Shown: one piece after another, positions 46,835 to 62,084 of the stretch | Layout of the letters: every line of letters begins with the position of its first letter | Numbering within the stretch: the stretch's first letter is position 1 | DNA from: the human T2T-CHM13v2.0 reference genome, Homo sapiens | DNA: 64,000 nt | NCBI RefSeq assembly: GCF_009914755.1 | Contig: NC_060927.1 | Direction: 5' to 3' (one strand) | Notes under the pieces: model-generated | Database searches by the model: none | What the model saw: only the letters and a program-made list of their open reading frames with translations | Told to the model about the DNA's origin: nothing | Made by a program: the position numbers and the translations under genes

Positions 46835-47914
46835 CTGCAACACAAAAATATTTTTTACACATAACTAAGATGTAACTTCTAAAACCACCACTTCCTTACA
46901 CTTGAAAACAGCAAGACATAGATTCTTGAGGTAGGGGAAAACACCGTTCAAGCCAGGGTATGTCAATACATCAAGTGTGATGCTGTTAAATATGAACCGG
47001 AAATACTGTTTTGAAAGATACATTTACTAATCACTTCAACACGTACACTGTAAAGTTGTTATTTATTATGGGCTTTGTACCAAATATTTTAAATATTTTA
47101 GCATATGAAAATACCACTTCCCATTATCAAGTCTTCAGGTAACAATAAACTGTTTTAACTAAAATATTACACAGATAAATGTACCATTCCCTATTAAGTT
47201 ATGATCTTTTTCGAAGAACAAAAAAAGTAAAAAATTTAAATAATTTTAAATTATTTTAGAAATACTAGTACTAATAACGAACATTAAAACTAGTAGGAAA
47301 GGTAATCATCATTTTTTTCTCCAAAATAATTCTATTTTATTCTAAAAATGATTATGGATTACATAAGGAGCAATACTCATGGAGATGTTTCCATCAAGAA
47401 AGCACATACGGTGCGATGGTCAGGGCTCAAAAGCTGAGAAGCCTGAGTTCTGGACCCGGTATGGTCTTCAGTCACTAGTGTGGCCCCAGGAGAGCCATTT
47501 ATCATCTCGATTCCAGTCTCTTCACCTGTAGGGTCAGGGCATTAACCGATGCTCTTCAAGTTCCTTCTACCTCTAAGCTTCTGTCTTTTTGAAAGAAGCA
47601 TATTTCTTCTAAATACTTTAAACTAATTAACTTCTCCTTTAAGCTTCCTGATTAAAAAGAGATTTTTGGTTTTTGTTTTGTTTTTACCATGATTCACTCT
47701 CATGCTGACCTGCCATCAACACTGAAGATGTGCTGTGACCAGAGAGTTTTTCAAGCGCTTAGAATGCTAAGCCTGGCACCAGTACCTAACCCTATTGAGC
47801 CAGCATCCCGGCGGCTGGCAGCATCCCCTGGGTGCCCAGGAAAGGCTTCCATTCCTCTCCAATGAGCATAGCTCCATGTCCTGCAGAAATCTGTCCAGAT
47901 GTATTCTAGATTGA

Positions 47915-48085
47915 TGCTTCTCAAACTTCTGTGCATAAGCATCTTTTGGAGAGCATTTCAAAATACAGATTCCTGGGACCCATCCCCGAAGACTCTGATT
48001 CACTAGATCTGGAGTGGGCCTGAGATTCTGCATTTCTAGAAAACTACCAGGAGATGCTGATACTACCAATCATGGACCACACTTC
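47915..48085. mobile_element. MER5A-like
   Basis: cttctcaaactt...cagattcctggg...tctgattca...tctgcatttcta...gatgctgat...ggaccacactt. Confidence 0.75.
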
Positions 48086-48269
48086 GAGTCAAATGGCAAA
48101 GTCCTATTCTCCAAGCCTCCAAGCAGCTTTGAGATCCAAGAAGTACTTCCAAGGCTCAGACATGCTCCCTAAAGCCATGAAGTCTATGTCACATAGAAAA
48201 AAAAAAAAAGAAAAGAAAAAAGAAAAAGAAAAGAAATGAAGAAATGGGCTGAAGTTGTTTACCATCTTT

Positions 48270-48780
48270 AGGATAAAATTTGAATTTCTTTCCATGGCCT
48301 GAGGGCCCTACATAATCTGGCCACTTTCTACTTCTCTGACGCTGCCTTAACTACCAACCCAATCCCAAACTATAATCAATGTAGATACAGTGGTCCTCCT
48401 TTTGTTTCAAGCAAGGCAAGTGTCTTCCCATCTCAGGGCTGGTGCACTTGCTATCTCAGCTTCCCAAGATGCCATGAGCCCATTCTTTACACAACTGGTC
48501 CCTTCTCAGTACTGGGACTTAGGGACAAAGGCCACTTCAAAAAGCTTGTCCTGCCCACCTACTTAAGTTAGGTTCCAAGTTAGTCTCAATTATATCATCC
48601 TATGTGCTTACTTCAGAGCTTTCGCCCTGATCTATTTGCTCATTTGTCTTCCCCACTAGAATATAAGCTCAATTAGATAAAAGAACTATTTCTTTTCATC
48701 GCAATGCTCCAAAATTTCAGAAAAATGCCCAGCTCATAGCAAGTACTCAATATGTATCTTTTGAGTGAATAAATGAATCA
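48270..48780 (+). mobile_element. L2 3' fragment
   Basis: ggccctacataatctggcc...cccatctcagggc...ccccactagaatataagctc...gtactcaata...gaataaatgaat. Confidence 0.7.
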
Positions 48781-49818
48781 ACAACTGAAAGAAGTAACTT
48801 TTCGGTACTCTCTAAAAATATAATTGCCATTTGTTGAAAACTCATTATGTACTGGGTATTGTTTTAAGTCTTTTATAATCATTATTTCATTCTATTCTTA
48901 CAACAAAGTTCTTAGCAGATATTATTATTTTAAACTCAATATGTGGATAAGAAAACTGAGGCACAGGGAGTTTTAGCAGCCTGACTCAACTCTATAAAGC
49001 TTGTGCCCATGGGAACTCTATATTTTCCAGCCAATACCCTAATATAAAAGTCCTGAGTTTTTGTGATATACCCTTCTGACTCAGGCTTGCTCAAGTGAAT
49101 TTTGGCACTACCTGACCATGCTGGTACTAACAATCATGGGCCACATTTTGTAACAGGCAGGTAATGCAAATGAGCGAGGAAGGCCAGGTGTAAGGTAACA
49201 GGGAGAGGGAAGGAATGTGGCAAGCTGAGAAATCCTCACTTTATCAGCTTCAAGGGGGAAGCCATTGTACTTCCCCCTCCAATTACTGCCACATGGGCAC
49301 ATACCCTCAAGAACCTCAAGAGCTTTCAATTCTACAAATAAAGGCAGTAATCTAGATTTCTATTTAGTAAAATTCCAGAATTTTTCAAAGATGGCAGCTA
49401 ACTTTTTAAATAAGTTATATTTAAACAAAACAAACATGTTGCAATCCCTGTAGCAAAGGATGGATGAGGTCATGCACTGTCTCCAGTTTTATGATTCCAG
49501 AGTGATTCAGAAGCACAGAGAAGCAGTACGGGTGACACAGAAAAGCACAGTAGGTGTCTGGGCAGATAAGAGCTTTCTAGAAGAATTCATTATCTTGAGG
49601 TTTTGGGAGGAATTGGAAGATTGGGTGGAAAACGCATTTCACAGGTCAGAATATCATACTCGAAGGCTTGGGGGTGAGGAGTAGGCAAGTCAACAGCAAA
49701 GATCAGCCATGAGGAGAGGGCTGGTGGAGGTTTCCTGTGGGAGTTTCGTTTTCATTCGGACTGGAGTGAGTAGCAGCTTTCTAGCTAAGACATAAATCGG
49801 TTAAACAATACTCTATGT

Positions 49819-50130
<312 letters not shown>

Positions 50131-50240
50131 CAATGCTCTATGTGTATGGTCATTAGTGCTGTCTTATTTGACTTCTAATATTTTAAAGTAACCAGGCATA
50201 TCTAAAAATAAAGGGTGAATCACCACTGTGGTGTGTGGAA

Positions 50241-50264
50241 GTGTGTGTGTGTGTGTGTGTGTGT
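50241..50264 (+). repeat. (GT)12 microsatellite
   Basis: Read directly. Confidence 0.9.
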
Positions 50265-50339
50265 TGTTAAGAATTCAACAGTCACAGGACTGAATTCCAT
50301 CTTCATGGAACCCCATAGCTAACTAAAATACTTAACTGT

Positions 50340-50720
50340 TCTGAACTCTAGACATAAAAAAATACAGCAACTGAAATTTTTAAAAATACCAGAAGATAGA
50401 TACCCAAATAAATTATCCTTTCCACAGTACAGAGGCAAAAACAAAAAAGAAAAGAAAAAAATGACAGAAACCCCCACCCGCCTACGTAGAATTGTATAAC
50501 TAGAAAAACTATCTCTTAAAGCTGAGGGTGAAATAGAAGCTTTTTCAAACAAACAGAAGTTTATCACCTCTCTATAAGGACATTCTAAAAGACTTACTTC
50601 AGACCAAAAAGAAACAATTTCCAGGAGAAAGTTTTTTGATTTAAGAAGGTAGGGAACAGCCAACTTGTGAAGTAGAGTAAGTGAAAAGTAAATGCACTAA
50701 CAAACAATGTGCAAGTCTCA
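50340..50720 (+). mobile_element. Old L1 fragment (decayed ORF1 C-terminal region)
   Basis: About 50486-50560 translates as RRIV*LEKLSLKAEGEIEAFSNKQK, resembling the L1 ORF1p RILYPAKLSF..EGEIK.F.DKQ segment. Boundaries are approximate. Confidence 0.65.
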
Positions 50721-52009
50721 AACATTTTTTTAAAATGTAGCAGTACCCCCACTTGCTTTCTACCCCAGCTCACGGTATTTACACTGTAGCAATATCAATC
50801 ACCAAGGCCATGGACTGCAAATGTGAGTGTGCAGGGAGGCACCAGCTTGAAGCCCAAGTTCCCACCCTCCATAGTCCAGAGATTCTTAAACAAGTTCCAG
50901 GAATCTGCTGTTCTACCCAACAGATACCCCAGGTAACTCTGATAAAGATCTGAAGAACACTGCATTGCTCTCTGACTACTTTAGGGGAAGGAATTATTCA
51001 GTGAACCCCCAGGGGCTCATCCCTGGGAGGCTCCAGCTGAGAACACTATCAAACCTTTGTTCTTTTCCACTTCACTACAGCCCCAGAAGTACCTTGGCCC
51101 AGGAGGTCAGCAGTAACCCTGCCTCAACCCTGCTAATCAAGAGCTGCAATAAATTAAAAGCCCATTGAAATATTTTAGAGAAAAGCCGAGAAGTGCTGAA
51201 ACATTAATTGTGCCATATTCAATCTGTTTTCCTAGAGATTTGAAAAGCCAGATTACCATCTTGGGGGTCATTAGAAAGAATGAAGCTTTCTCCCTTTTCA
51301 ATTTACATATTTAAAAATGCATGCGTTCTGGCAGTGGCTACTAAGTCCTTTCCAACGCTTTCCAAGTCCTGTGGCTACTCCAAATGCCACAGTCTAGCCA
51401 TGGAGAGAGAAGCGTGGAATGCCACCGGGGCCTGCCTTGTTTCTGTAAAGCAAAGGAACCCAAATCCCAGGGCCTGTGGTTGCAAAACAGCTCCAGAAAA
51501 ACAGGTAGAGGCAGAAACAAAACAACAAGTGATGTTTTCTTGTTTTGTTCTCCCCTGTTTATTTTTCCCTGAAGCAATCCCTGCTCAGTACAAAAGTCTG
51601 CAGGGAGCTAGAAAGAGCAGCTGTGGTTCCCTGAGGCCGGGACCTAGCAATCAAGTTGTTTACCAAACACTGCCAGGCACCAGGAAAACAACAACAGCAC
51701 AGACAGCATTTGCATCTATTTTTCAACCTCCAAAAGTCTGCCCTGGAACTTGCCTGCACAGCTGAGAGAAGAGCTTAAAAATTAAAGGAATGAACTGCAC
51801 TGGGTATTGGCCTCCATGGCCTAAATGTAATCAAGTATTCCATTTCTATTGAAGAATGTCTATCCTAAAAAAAGAGGATTGAGGAACTGCAGAATTTCAA
51901 GCAGTGGATTGATAACAGACAACATGCTCATCACGGGCATTTCTGAGCATGCCAACAAAGGCCCTCTCAGCAAACTGACATCATATGCTGAGCCTCCAGC
52001 AACTCACAG

Positions 52010-52182
52010 ACATCTTGACCAAGCACCAGGATCTCCAGGGGGGTTTGTAAAACACAGATTGCTGGGCCTCTCCTGCAGTTTTGCATTCCATAGGTCCAAG
52101 ACGGGGCCTGAGAATTTCTAGCAAGTTCCCAGGTGATACTGATGCTACTGATCCGGGCACCATCCTTTGAGAACCAGTGCTC
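52010..52182. mobile_element. MER5A-like
   Basis: aaaacacagattgctgggcc...ggggcctgagaattt...aagttcccaggtgat...ctttgagaaccagtg. Confidence 0.75.
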
Positions 52183-52674
52183 TAAAGCTAGAGGCTCTAT
52201 CCCCACCCTGAAGATCTAGGAAGGAGTTCATTTCCCACCTTGACCTCTCCCATGGGTTACCTGGTTGAGTTATGGCAGTTACCTTGCATAGCTGTTTCCA
52301 GAACAAAATGCATTGGATGGTTTCCATCTGCTTCTCCAGAGGCTCCACTCACTATCCCCCACCCAGCTCTGTGTCCTAGAGGGCCGCTCTCTGTCCAACC
52401 AATGGGAGCTCTCATCTCAGGACGCCACAGAAGATGGGGTATTCATTTCTCTAGTTCTGAGTCCCTCTTTGACCAGTGGCAACCCTGCCAGGCAGCTCTC
52501 TCCACACAACTCCTCTCTCTGGGTTCTTTCAGCCCTCCTCTGCCTCCCCTAGTCCACTTAAGGCCTAGGAGAACTAAAAGCCATCTATTTCCATCAGGGA
52601 CCCTTATGCAAAAGTCAAATTCAATGTGTTGCCCACTGGATCTCCCTTGGTTTGAGAATGCTAAATGGCAATTT

Positions 52675-52775
52675 TATACACACACATAATATACGTATGT
52701 ATATACACACACATATAAACACGCACAAGTATACATATGTGCATATAAACATACAGACATGCAGATATATACATC
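52675..52775. repeat. Degenerate (TA)/(CA) tract
   Basis: Read directly. Confidence 0.75.
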
Positions 52776-54188
52776 TTCATAATTGTTCGTTTTTAAATGC
52801 AACTAAATCAGATTGGCCAGAAAACTTGGGAGTCCCCTGGCCAAGGCCACCTCATGGAGTTTGCATGGATGTTTCCTCGGGTCCCACGTGCCACAGCAAG
52901 AGTGAGCCTGCTCTGTCTAATCTGTTACACAACCTGATAAGAAGTGCATTTGTGAGAGCTTCAATCCTTCTCTAATTTACAAACTTAGTTTCCTTTGTTG
53001 CAAATGGCACCAAAATAGAAAGGGAACAGAAGTGGGTGGAGCGGGCTCCATCACCAACTCCTGTGAATAACTTTTTGACAATGCTGAACCCAGTTCAAAA
53101 AAGCACATCAGCTGCAAAAAAAGGTATGTGTTTGTCAGCTCATAAATAAGATGCCAATCCACCTCAATTCATAGGCTAGGAAAAGAAGAACAAATAATAC
53201 TTCTGTTTTTAAAATAATAATAATAATAACTCAAACGTGCCCTAAATAAGCATCTGTCTTTAGCGCTAAGTTCTAATAAAGTTCTGGTAAAAAACGGTCA
53301 CCAGATTTAACCAAATGGGTCACTACACCAACCTCCATGGTTTGGGCAAGCCCATTTAACTAACTTTGTTTCAGTGAAGTTCCCTAAAACTAACCAATCA
53401 CTATTCCTTTTATTAATCTTCCACTAGTAAGGTTTCTTTCAACTCACCAGAGGACTTATTGGTATCTATGCTCAAAAACAAATTTTTAAGTAAACCCACT
53501 AGACTAATTAGAACACATGGGGAATTACGTAATTACTTTTCTAGCTCTGAGGCTCAACCTGAAACCTTTTCGGTTTGTTTGTTTATTGCTCTCTTTTTCA
53601 CTAACAATCTCCTGAATATTCCATGTGAAACTCGCAGGCTAGTGAGATTTTTCCTGTGGCATCTGTCTGCTCCATTCCCCCATCTATGTCCAAACCCTGC
53701 TCTAGAGAACAACTGACCTAACTGATCACTTCCCCTCTTTGGGGATGAGATAGACCATCATCCTGCTGGCTTCAGAACACTCCAGAATCTCCCTTCTGTG
53801 CTGAAGAAACTCCACTCCTCCTTCCCCTGGGCCTTAGTGCTCACCTCTCTCCACCATCTTCCACTACCATCATCTGGATGAATGGAGAGACTTGCCTTTT
53901 ACCCTTAAAGATGTCCCCTCTCTCCTTTTCCAGAAGCCACTCATTCTACATCTTTCAACTTCAAGCAACTAAAAAAGAAAGAGTTGGTCTCTCTTCAATT
54001 CCTGTTACAGCCAAGTCGTTCCTCTGCCAACAGCCCACCTCACCTGTCACCTACCCTCAAGGAAAGTACCATCACCTTCCTCCACCGTGATTCCAAGATC
54101 CATGGAAACCTTTCTATTCATAGTCACATGTAAGGGAACCACCGCTTCCTGCCCAGCCAACTGGCAGTTACTTCTAAATGTCAAGGAT

Positions 54189-54496
<308 letters not shown>

Positions 54497-54521
54497 TCAA
54501 CACCTTTCTCAGGTATTTTAC

Positions 54522-54906
<385 letters not shown>

Positions 54907-54929
54907 TTTCGAAGAAAATGTTCATTGCA

Positions 54930-55010
54930 TGGGTACAAAAAAATAGAAAGAATGAATAAGACCTGGTAGTTGATAGTACAGCAAGGTGACTATAGTCAAA
55001 ATAATTTAAT
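54930..55010 (+). mobile_element. L1MA-type 3'UTR fragment
   Basis: gggtacaaaaaaatagaaagaatgaataagacct...ggtgactatagtcaa. Confidence 0.65.
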
Positions 55011-55640
55011 GCCACTAACCACCTTGAATCCATTGCTCCTCCCAGTGCACACAATCCACCTTCACGTTTCTGAACTCGGTGTCTTTTACATCATCTAAGA
55101 CTCATATTGTGGTACCCAGTGCCCTGAAAACCCTGGTATCCCTCAAGATGGCCTTGTCTTTTCTACTGACTTCCTGTTCAAGCTCTTTGGTTTCTTTCGC
55201 AGAGTGAGATCAGCAAGGCAGGGTCTGGGATTTGCAGGTTATATCCTGGATGGTGGCACGACAGCGCCTGGAACACAGAAGGTTGGGAGGCGTGACGCTC
55301 ATCAGGAAGGCTCTTTTGGGGAGCCAGGAAGAGTCCCCCAGAAGCCCACTTGGCACCCTATCTATAACAAGTTGCTCTTTAAGAATCATGGGAACTCCAG
55401 AATCATTTTCACAAATACCTTCCACTCATGATTCAATTAAATGGCAGAAAACACAAACCTTCCGTTCCCACTGGCAAACTGGGTCTAGCTAACTGAGCAC
55501 AGCTAGCACAAGGCAGGCCCCCTGCTAGCAGGGCAAGTGGCGGCCCGGTCCCCAAGGCCCAGGGGAGCCTCTGCAGCTCCCTGGAAGGACGGTCAAGTGA
55601 ACAGAGAGCTGGCTGCCATCTGGGTTCTTTATAAGGCTTT

Positions 55641-55828
55641 TGTGGTAAACATGTTTACTTTCTTTTGATTGGCTAGGCTTATCAAGTATTTTGTTTTGAG
55701 TCTTGCTCTATAAACATGTTTACTTTGAGGGGAGAGCTTTTTTGATAGCTAGCACACTTGTTTTTCACACTTTTAAATTCAAAACATATTTTTCACAGCC
55801 TGTGGTAAACAACTCAAGGTGGTAAACA
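55641..55828. promoter_or_regulatory. Forkhead motif cluster, candidate intronic enhancer or autoregulatory element
   Basis: Six RTAAACA sites: palindromes at 55645-55658 and 55710-55723, and single sites at 55805 and 55822. Confidence 0.5.
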
Positions 55829-56675
55829 AATTATATTATTTTCATCTTCACACTAGAGAGGTGATCCCTATGTATCTATTCAAAGGCTTGAACTGGGTTG
55901 CCGGTAACCAAGGCTCTCTACTGGATGAGAACAAGAATTATATTCATAATGATGATGTTACTAAAAGGAAAACATTACAATGGCAAATCCTGCAGTATCA
56001 AACCTAAGCCTCAGTTTCCCCAGTGGGAACATTCTAGAAGAAGCCAGCCATAACAACAGCAGGGGTAGTCCTATTAATTGATGACATCCATATTTTCCAT
56101 GAAAAATTAAGGTTATGTAACCGGCATACATAACAGCTAATACGGGAGGAAAAATCAAATAATGTTTCAAAGAATGAAGAAACCAACTAGGTCACAACAC
56201 TAAGTGCAATTCTTTTGAGATCTGTTTTCTGTGATGATTTTTGCCTGCTTTACAATTAGAAAAAAAAAAAAAAAACAAGTAGTAGCCTCTAATGTAAAAC
56301 TGAAAAGCCTTCCATTATTGGAAAAGGAGTAAAATAACAAAAGAGTTAAGAGAAGAAAAAAAAGGAACATATCTCTTGAGAGAAAACCAATGGTCCCTGA
56401 AGTAGGATTTAAAAGTGCTGTTTACATAGAGGCATCAGAAGAGCCCCTCTGTGGAGGTAAGTGTGAAGTCCCATAGCAGTGGAGCCAAATCTGTTTTCTA
56501 GAGAGTTCTCTTGGTCTCCATGTTCCAACTAGAAACAAAAGCCATCTTACCAGAGGCCTTTGTAGTTAGTTACAAATTACTTAAAGGAATAAAAATACAG
56601 GCCAAATTACTTGCTAAAATAAATAAAGCCCCCAGCCCCCAAATCATCTTCTAAGCTTATGCTCAAGTTAAGTTA

Positions 56676-56969
<294 letters not shown>

Positions 56970-58695
56970 TCAGGTATGGTACTGTAGGGAGGGGAGAATG
57001 GCAGAAGACACAGGAAGCCTGTATGGAGCCTCATCCATCATTCAGGCCAGATCATGTACAGAACATACAGGCATCAGAGTACAAACATACTAAGTAGCCT
57101 TGTTTTCCAAGGTTATAACATGCTCTGGGGACATGCTCATTAGGGGGTCAGGAGAAGGAGCCAAGGGCATTTGGAGGCAGCCACTATTCCTGACTTTCAG
57201 ATTCTCTTCTATCAAGGAAGAAGACCAAAATAAATAATTTCCAGGTAGTTTTAGCAGAAGTGCAGCAAGACCCAGGGGGTGAGTACACATCACAAATTCC
57301 CAGGAAGATCAACGCCATCCCAGCTTTGCCAACAACTGTTTGAGATGTTTCGCAAGTCAGTGAGCTTCTCGGAACCTGAGTTTCCCTTCTTATAAAATGA
57401 AGGCATTTGAATCCCATCTTTTTGAACAATACTATGTCATAATTTTATGCCTCAAATCGAAAAAAACACTTTGGGGGATAACCGAGAATTCCAGGCTACA
57501 TCATCCAATCAATACAATACTTGGAGCACTTTCAAAAAACCCACCAAGGAACCAAAGCTACCATAACTTAAAAGGAGCAGAAACGAAATTTCAGATTAAT
57601 ATGACGTTGGCCAGTGACTAGTCATCAAGCATACTTCAGCATTTAGTTGTCTGAGCAGACAGGTGACTCAGCGGGAAATGGGTTACCCAGCCAGCCACGC
57701 TCATCTGACCCACTGCCTCAAAGTAATTTTTCCTCAATTTTCAAAACCAAGAAAGTAAATGACTAATGAAATGACTGAAGAATAACTTCCAGACAATTCT
57801 TACATTAAAAAATAAAACCAAACTTCAGCACAACAGTAAGTAGATGAGAAGAAAACAACCCGGCTCAGAGCTGTCCAACGTCTGATGGCCACAGTTCCTT
57901 CTGACAAAGGAAACGTGCACATTCCAGGGTGTGTGGAATGATGTGGTTTGGAAATGTCTCGAGGCGCCAAGGGAAGAGCTGATGATCAGGACAATGTCAT
58001 CAAGAAAAGTGTCACGGAGCCCAAGTGGTGACATTTCTGTTGCAAATATGAGAAAGGAAAGGAACACGCTGGTCCTTCACCCTGGTGTTCAATGCGGTCG
58101 TAGGACTTTTGGATATTCTCCTGGGTACTTCCAGTTCTAACACCAACTAACATGTGCAAAGCCTGTGCTGCACTGCACATGAGGTACTCTGTCCATAGCA
58201 TTTTCATCCACCCTCTTATTAAGCCTTATAACGGTGGCAAGAGTAAATGCTATTATCTTACAGATGAACGAACCAAGGCTGGTGAAGGGAAGTCCTTTAC
58301 CCAAGACCACAGTCAGTGACAGAGCCACATCTTTCTGAAACCCAAGCCTCGTCCCTTAACCACCAGTGAATACTACTGAGTACCATTTTTCCAACAGCTC
58401 AAACAGGAAAAGTAGGAACGTTTGGAAGGGTTCCCAAAATAAAGACAACCTGGCAACATAGAGTTATAATTCTGTTCAGACCTCTACGTTGCCTCCCACT
58501 GTCTAAAACCCTTGGCTTCTTGCGTGAAGTCAGGCAAACCCGGGAAGCAGAAAAGCAAGGACCCAAGTCACCCCTGGTAGTGCAGCTTGGAAATGAGACA
58601 GGACATCTCCCCCAAGACAGGAGACAAGGAGGGAGTTTATGACGGCATATGAGGCATGCACTCAGTCCTCCTATTGGACTGTAGAAGAGGGATGC

Positions 58696-59004
58696 TTTTT
58701 TTTTTTTTTTTTTTTTTTGAGATGGAGTCTCACTCCGTCGCCCAGGCTGGAGTGCAGTGGTGCAATCTAGGCTCACTGCAATCTCCGCCTCCCCTCCCAG
58801 GTTCAAGCGATTCTCCTGCCTCAGCCTCCAGAGTAGCTGGGATTACAGGCGCTTGCCGCCACGCCCGGCTAAATTTTTGTATTTTTAGTAGAGACAGGGT
58901 TTCACCGTGTTAGCCAGGATAGTCTCGATCTCCTGACCTCATGATTTGCCTGCCTCGGCCTCCCAAAATGCTGGGATTACAGGCGTGAGCCACTGCGCCC
59001 AGCC
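58696..59004 (-). mobile_element. Alu (Sc/Y-like)
   Basis: Full dimer with clean TSD gaagagggatgctttt. Confidence 0.94.
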
Positions 59005-59479
59005 CTGAAGAGGGATGCTTTCTATTCTTCTCTCGGTCTCCCTTCAATTCTCCCATTTTCTTCTGAATCACAACTGTGGGCATCGTCCCCCTTCCTCTCC
59101 TACTTCTTCCCCTCCACGAATGTCACCTGTCACTAAAGTCTAAAGGATGAGATTATCACTTCCGCCCGGAAGCCTCTCAAATGAAATTAAATCAAACATT
59201 TATTGCACTGTGGTACCACATGCACTGGGTGAGGTGGGGGATACCCAGGCACAGTCTGCCTCTCTGGGCAAGAAGTTAAATAACAATGTGCGATTTAAAT
59301 AACATTTCAAGACAACAATAAGAGCCTTGTCACCGGGAGTACATGATTAATTGCCAGATGAATTCTACAGACAATAATTGCTGCAAAGTTCAAAAGGAGG
59401 GAGCAATCACTTCCAACAAATATATCCCAGGTTGCAAATTCTCCACTGAGCCTTAGTTCGCAGTTGGCTTCGGCAGTGT

Positions 59480-59650
59480 TGGGAGTTGGCTGCCTGGGGT
59501 CCGATCCTGGCTGTGATACTCGTGGTCCAACCCTATTTAAGTTTTCTGGGCCTCTGTTTCATCAGCTGCAAAACAGAGGTAATGATACTTCCTACATCAT
59601 GGAGTGGTTTGAAGATTAAGTGGGATAATGCATGTAAACCTTGAAACAGG
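59480..59650 (+). mobile_element. MIR
   Basis: ctgcctggggtccgatcctggct...ctctgtttcatcagctgcaaaa...taatgatac. Confidence 0.65.
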
Positions 59651-59818
59651 GCAAGTGGTAGTTTTACATCTCCTGTCTCCACGGCGGCGTATCTGCTATT
59701 CGAATCCGCACACGCTCCCTACACTGGCTCCCCCTCCTCACCTCCCTGTGTTTGCCAAATCCCCAGGTTTTCTTTTCCAACTAGCTGATAACTTTTCCAA
59801 CTAAGGGGTTCCACGGTA

Positions 59819-60076
59819 TCCTTCCCCCAGTACCAGGCAGCTACTACGTCTGCCCTTGACTTAGGCTCGCTGCTAGCTCTTGCATCCAGATTTCCACCTC
59901 CATTTCTAATATCCTAGGACAAGAGCAGGAAGCTGAACAACTGGGGGAAGCTGGTCCTTCCCCTCAGTACCAGCCAGCTACCACGTTTGCCCTTGACTTA
60001 GGCTCAGTGCTGGCTCTTGCATCCAGATTTCCACCTCCATTACTAATATCCTAAGACAAGAGCAGGAAGCTGAACA
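59819..60076 (+). repeat. Tandem duplication of about 121 bp (59819-59939 and 59955-60076) with an inverted junction fill
   Basis: Two copies about 92% identical by eye. The spacer actgggggaag is the reverse complement of the unit start cttcccccagt. Confidence 0.93.
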
Positions 60077-60842
60077 TCAGGGCACCTGGGTTCAGCTCCC
60101 AACGTTGCCATAGAGTAGCCTTGTAATTCTGCACACTTTACAGTTTCTCTAAACCTCCATTTCTGCTTCTATAAAATGGGGCTAATGAAAGTCCCTACCT
60201 CCAAGCATTGCTGAGATTAAATTATCCAATTGGAGAGCACTGTGCTCAATGCCTAGTCAACCAGCAACGGCTCCACACCTGAGAGCTGCTGTTCTCATCT
60301 TTGCTTGGACCACACAACTAAGTGAACAACAGTGTCCCCGGCTGCTCTCTCCTCTCTCAAATGTGTGAGCTGCTGCCAGTCCTTCATGGTACCAGATTTG
60401 GGTCAGCGAACCACAGAACTTAATTATGCCCCAGTTTTCTTTCATGCCCATTGATCTAATTTTACATTAAAGTTTCACAAATAGAAACAGGTACTCTCAT
60501 GCACAGCCAGGGCCAGGGTAAACTGACACCGCCTTTCCAGTTGGGTGGTGATATGCTTCAACAAGACTTAGAATCCCTTCCAAAGAGTAAGGAGTGAACA
60601 GGAATGCATGCTTTTAACAAAATAGTAATCACTGGGGAGAATTCAACTACAAGGTCACAAAGGAATACATCACAGCATTATCTAGTATATGAAAACAGAA
60701 AAATAAATGTCAGTTAAAAACTATTTCTGATTCATATGATAATGAAATATTATGCAACCATTAAAAAGTATTGTAAAAACAAACAAGGGCATAGAAGGAA
60801 ACGTGAGCCCCAAATCATACCTGCTTACCAAATGTCTATTGA

Positions 60843-61156
<314 letters not shown>

Positions 61157-61169
61157 CAAAACTGCTACT

Positions 61170-61380
61170 TTTTAAAGTTATTTGAGTACTTACTGTGTGC
61201 CAGCTGACAGGAATAAGCACATTACATATGCTAGGCTACTGCAAAATCCAATGAAGTGTTATTATCCCCATTTTACAGACAGCAAATGGAGACACAGGGA
61301 AATAAAATAACTTGTCCAAATACACACAACTAGTAAATGGATTTAAACCCAAGTCTTATTCCAAAGCTCTTGCTCTTTTC
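61170..61380 (-). mobile_element. MIR
   Basis: attatccccattttacagac...aacttgtccaa...gatttaaacccaagtc. Confidence 0.7.
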
Positions 61381-62084
61381 TAATGAGTGCTGCTGCCTAT
61401 AAACTTATTAGTATATTTATGGCTGCATTAAGTATATTTCTATAGGGGGAAAAAGGACTAGAAAAGCTGACAAAAATACTAGAAGTAATTCTTTTTAGGG
61501 GGTGGCACTACAGATAATGTTTATTCTAGCTTTGATTTGGTTTTTAGATTCTTTACATTTATCATAAATCATGTTTGTAATAAAGGGAGGAAATTTGGGG
61601 GACAAAGTATTTTTCTGTTTTAAAAGCTCAAATGGCAGCCACCATCTTTCCCTCACTGTGACAGAAGCAGATGCTAGGCAGGCGCTGGGCTCGTGAGGGA
61701 AGGCAGTGCCTACCCAGTGGTTAGAGGTCCAGGTGCTGGAGTCAGACGGCCTGGGTGCAGAACTCCCAGAAGCTCTGGGGAAGCTGCTCAGGCCTCTGTG
61801 AGTTAGAAATAGGCAGGTATGTACAGGGCTTGGATCAGGGCTCACAGATCCTGAGGGCTCTGTAATATGAGTGATACTCATTGTTTTACGAGTGACATCT
61901 TCACTCTACTCAATACGTTTTATAGCCTCTTTCTGCAGATGGAACCAAAACATCGTTAAGGCAATGTGTCCCAATATCTTTTAACCAATTATCGTAATAG
62001 ATCCTACAACCACCCCTCTCTGGCCCCCAACCTCCCAAGGGCTTAGGGCTGTCAAAGAAACAACTTAGGTCTGCAGAGTGATAC

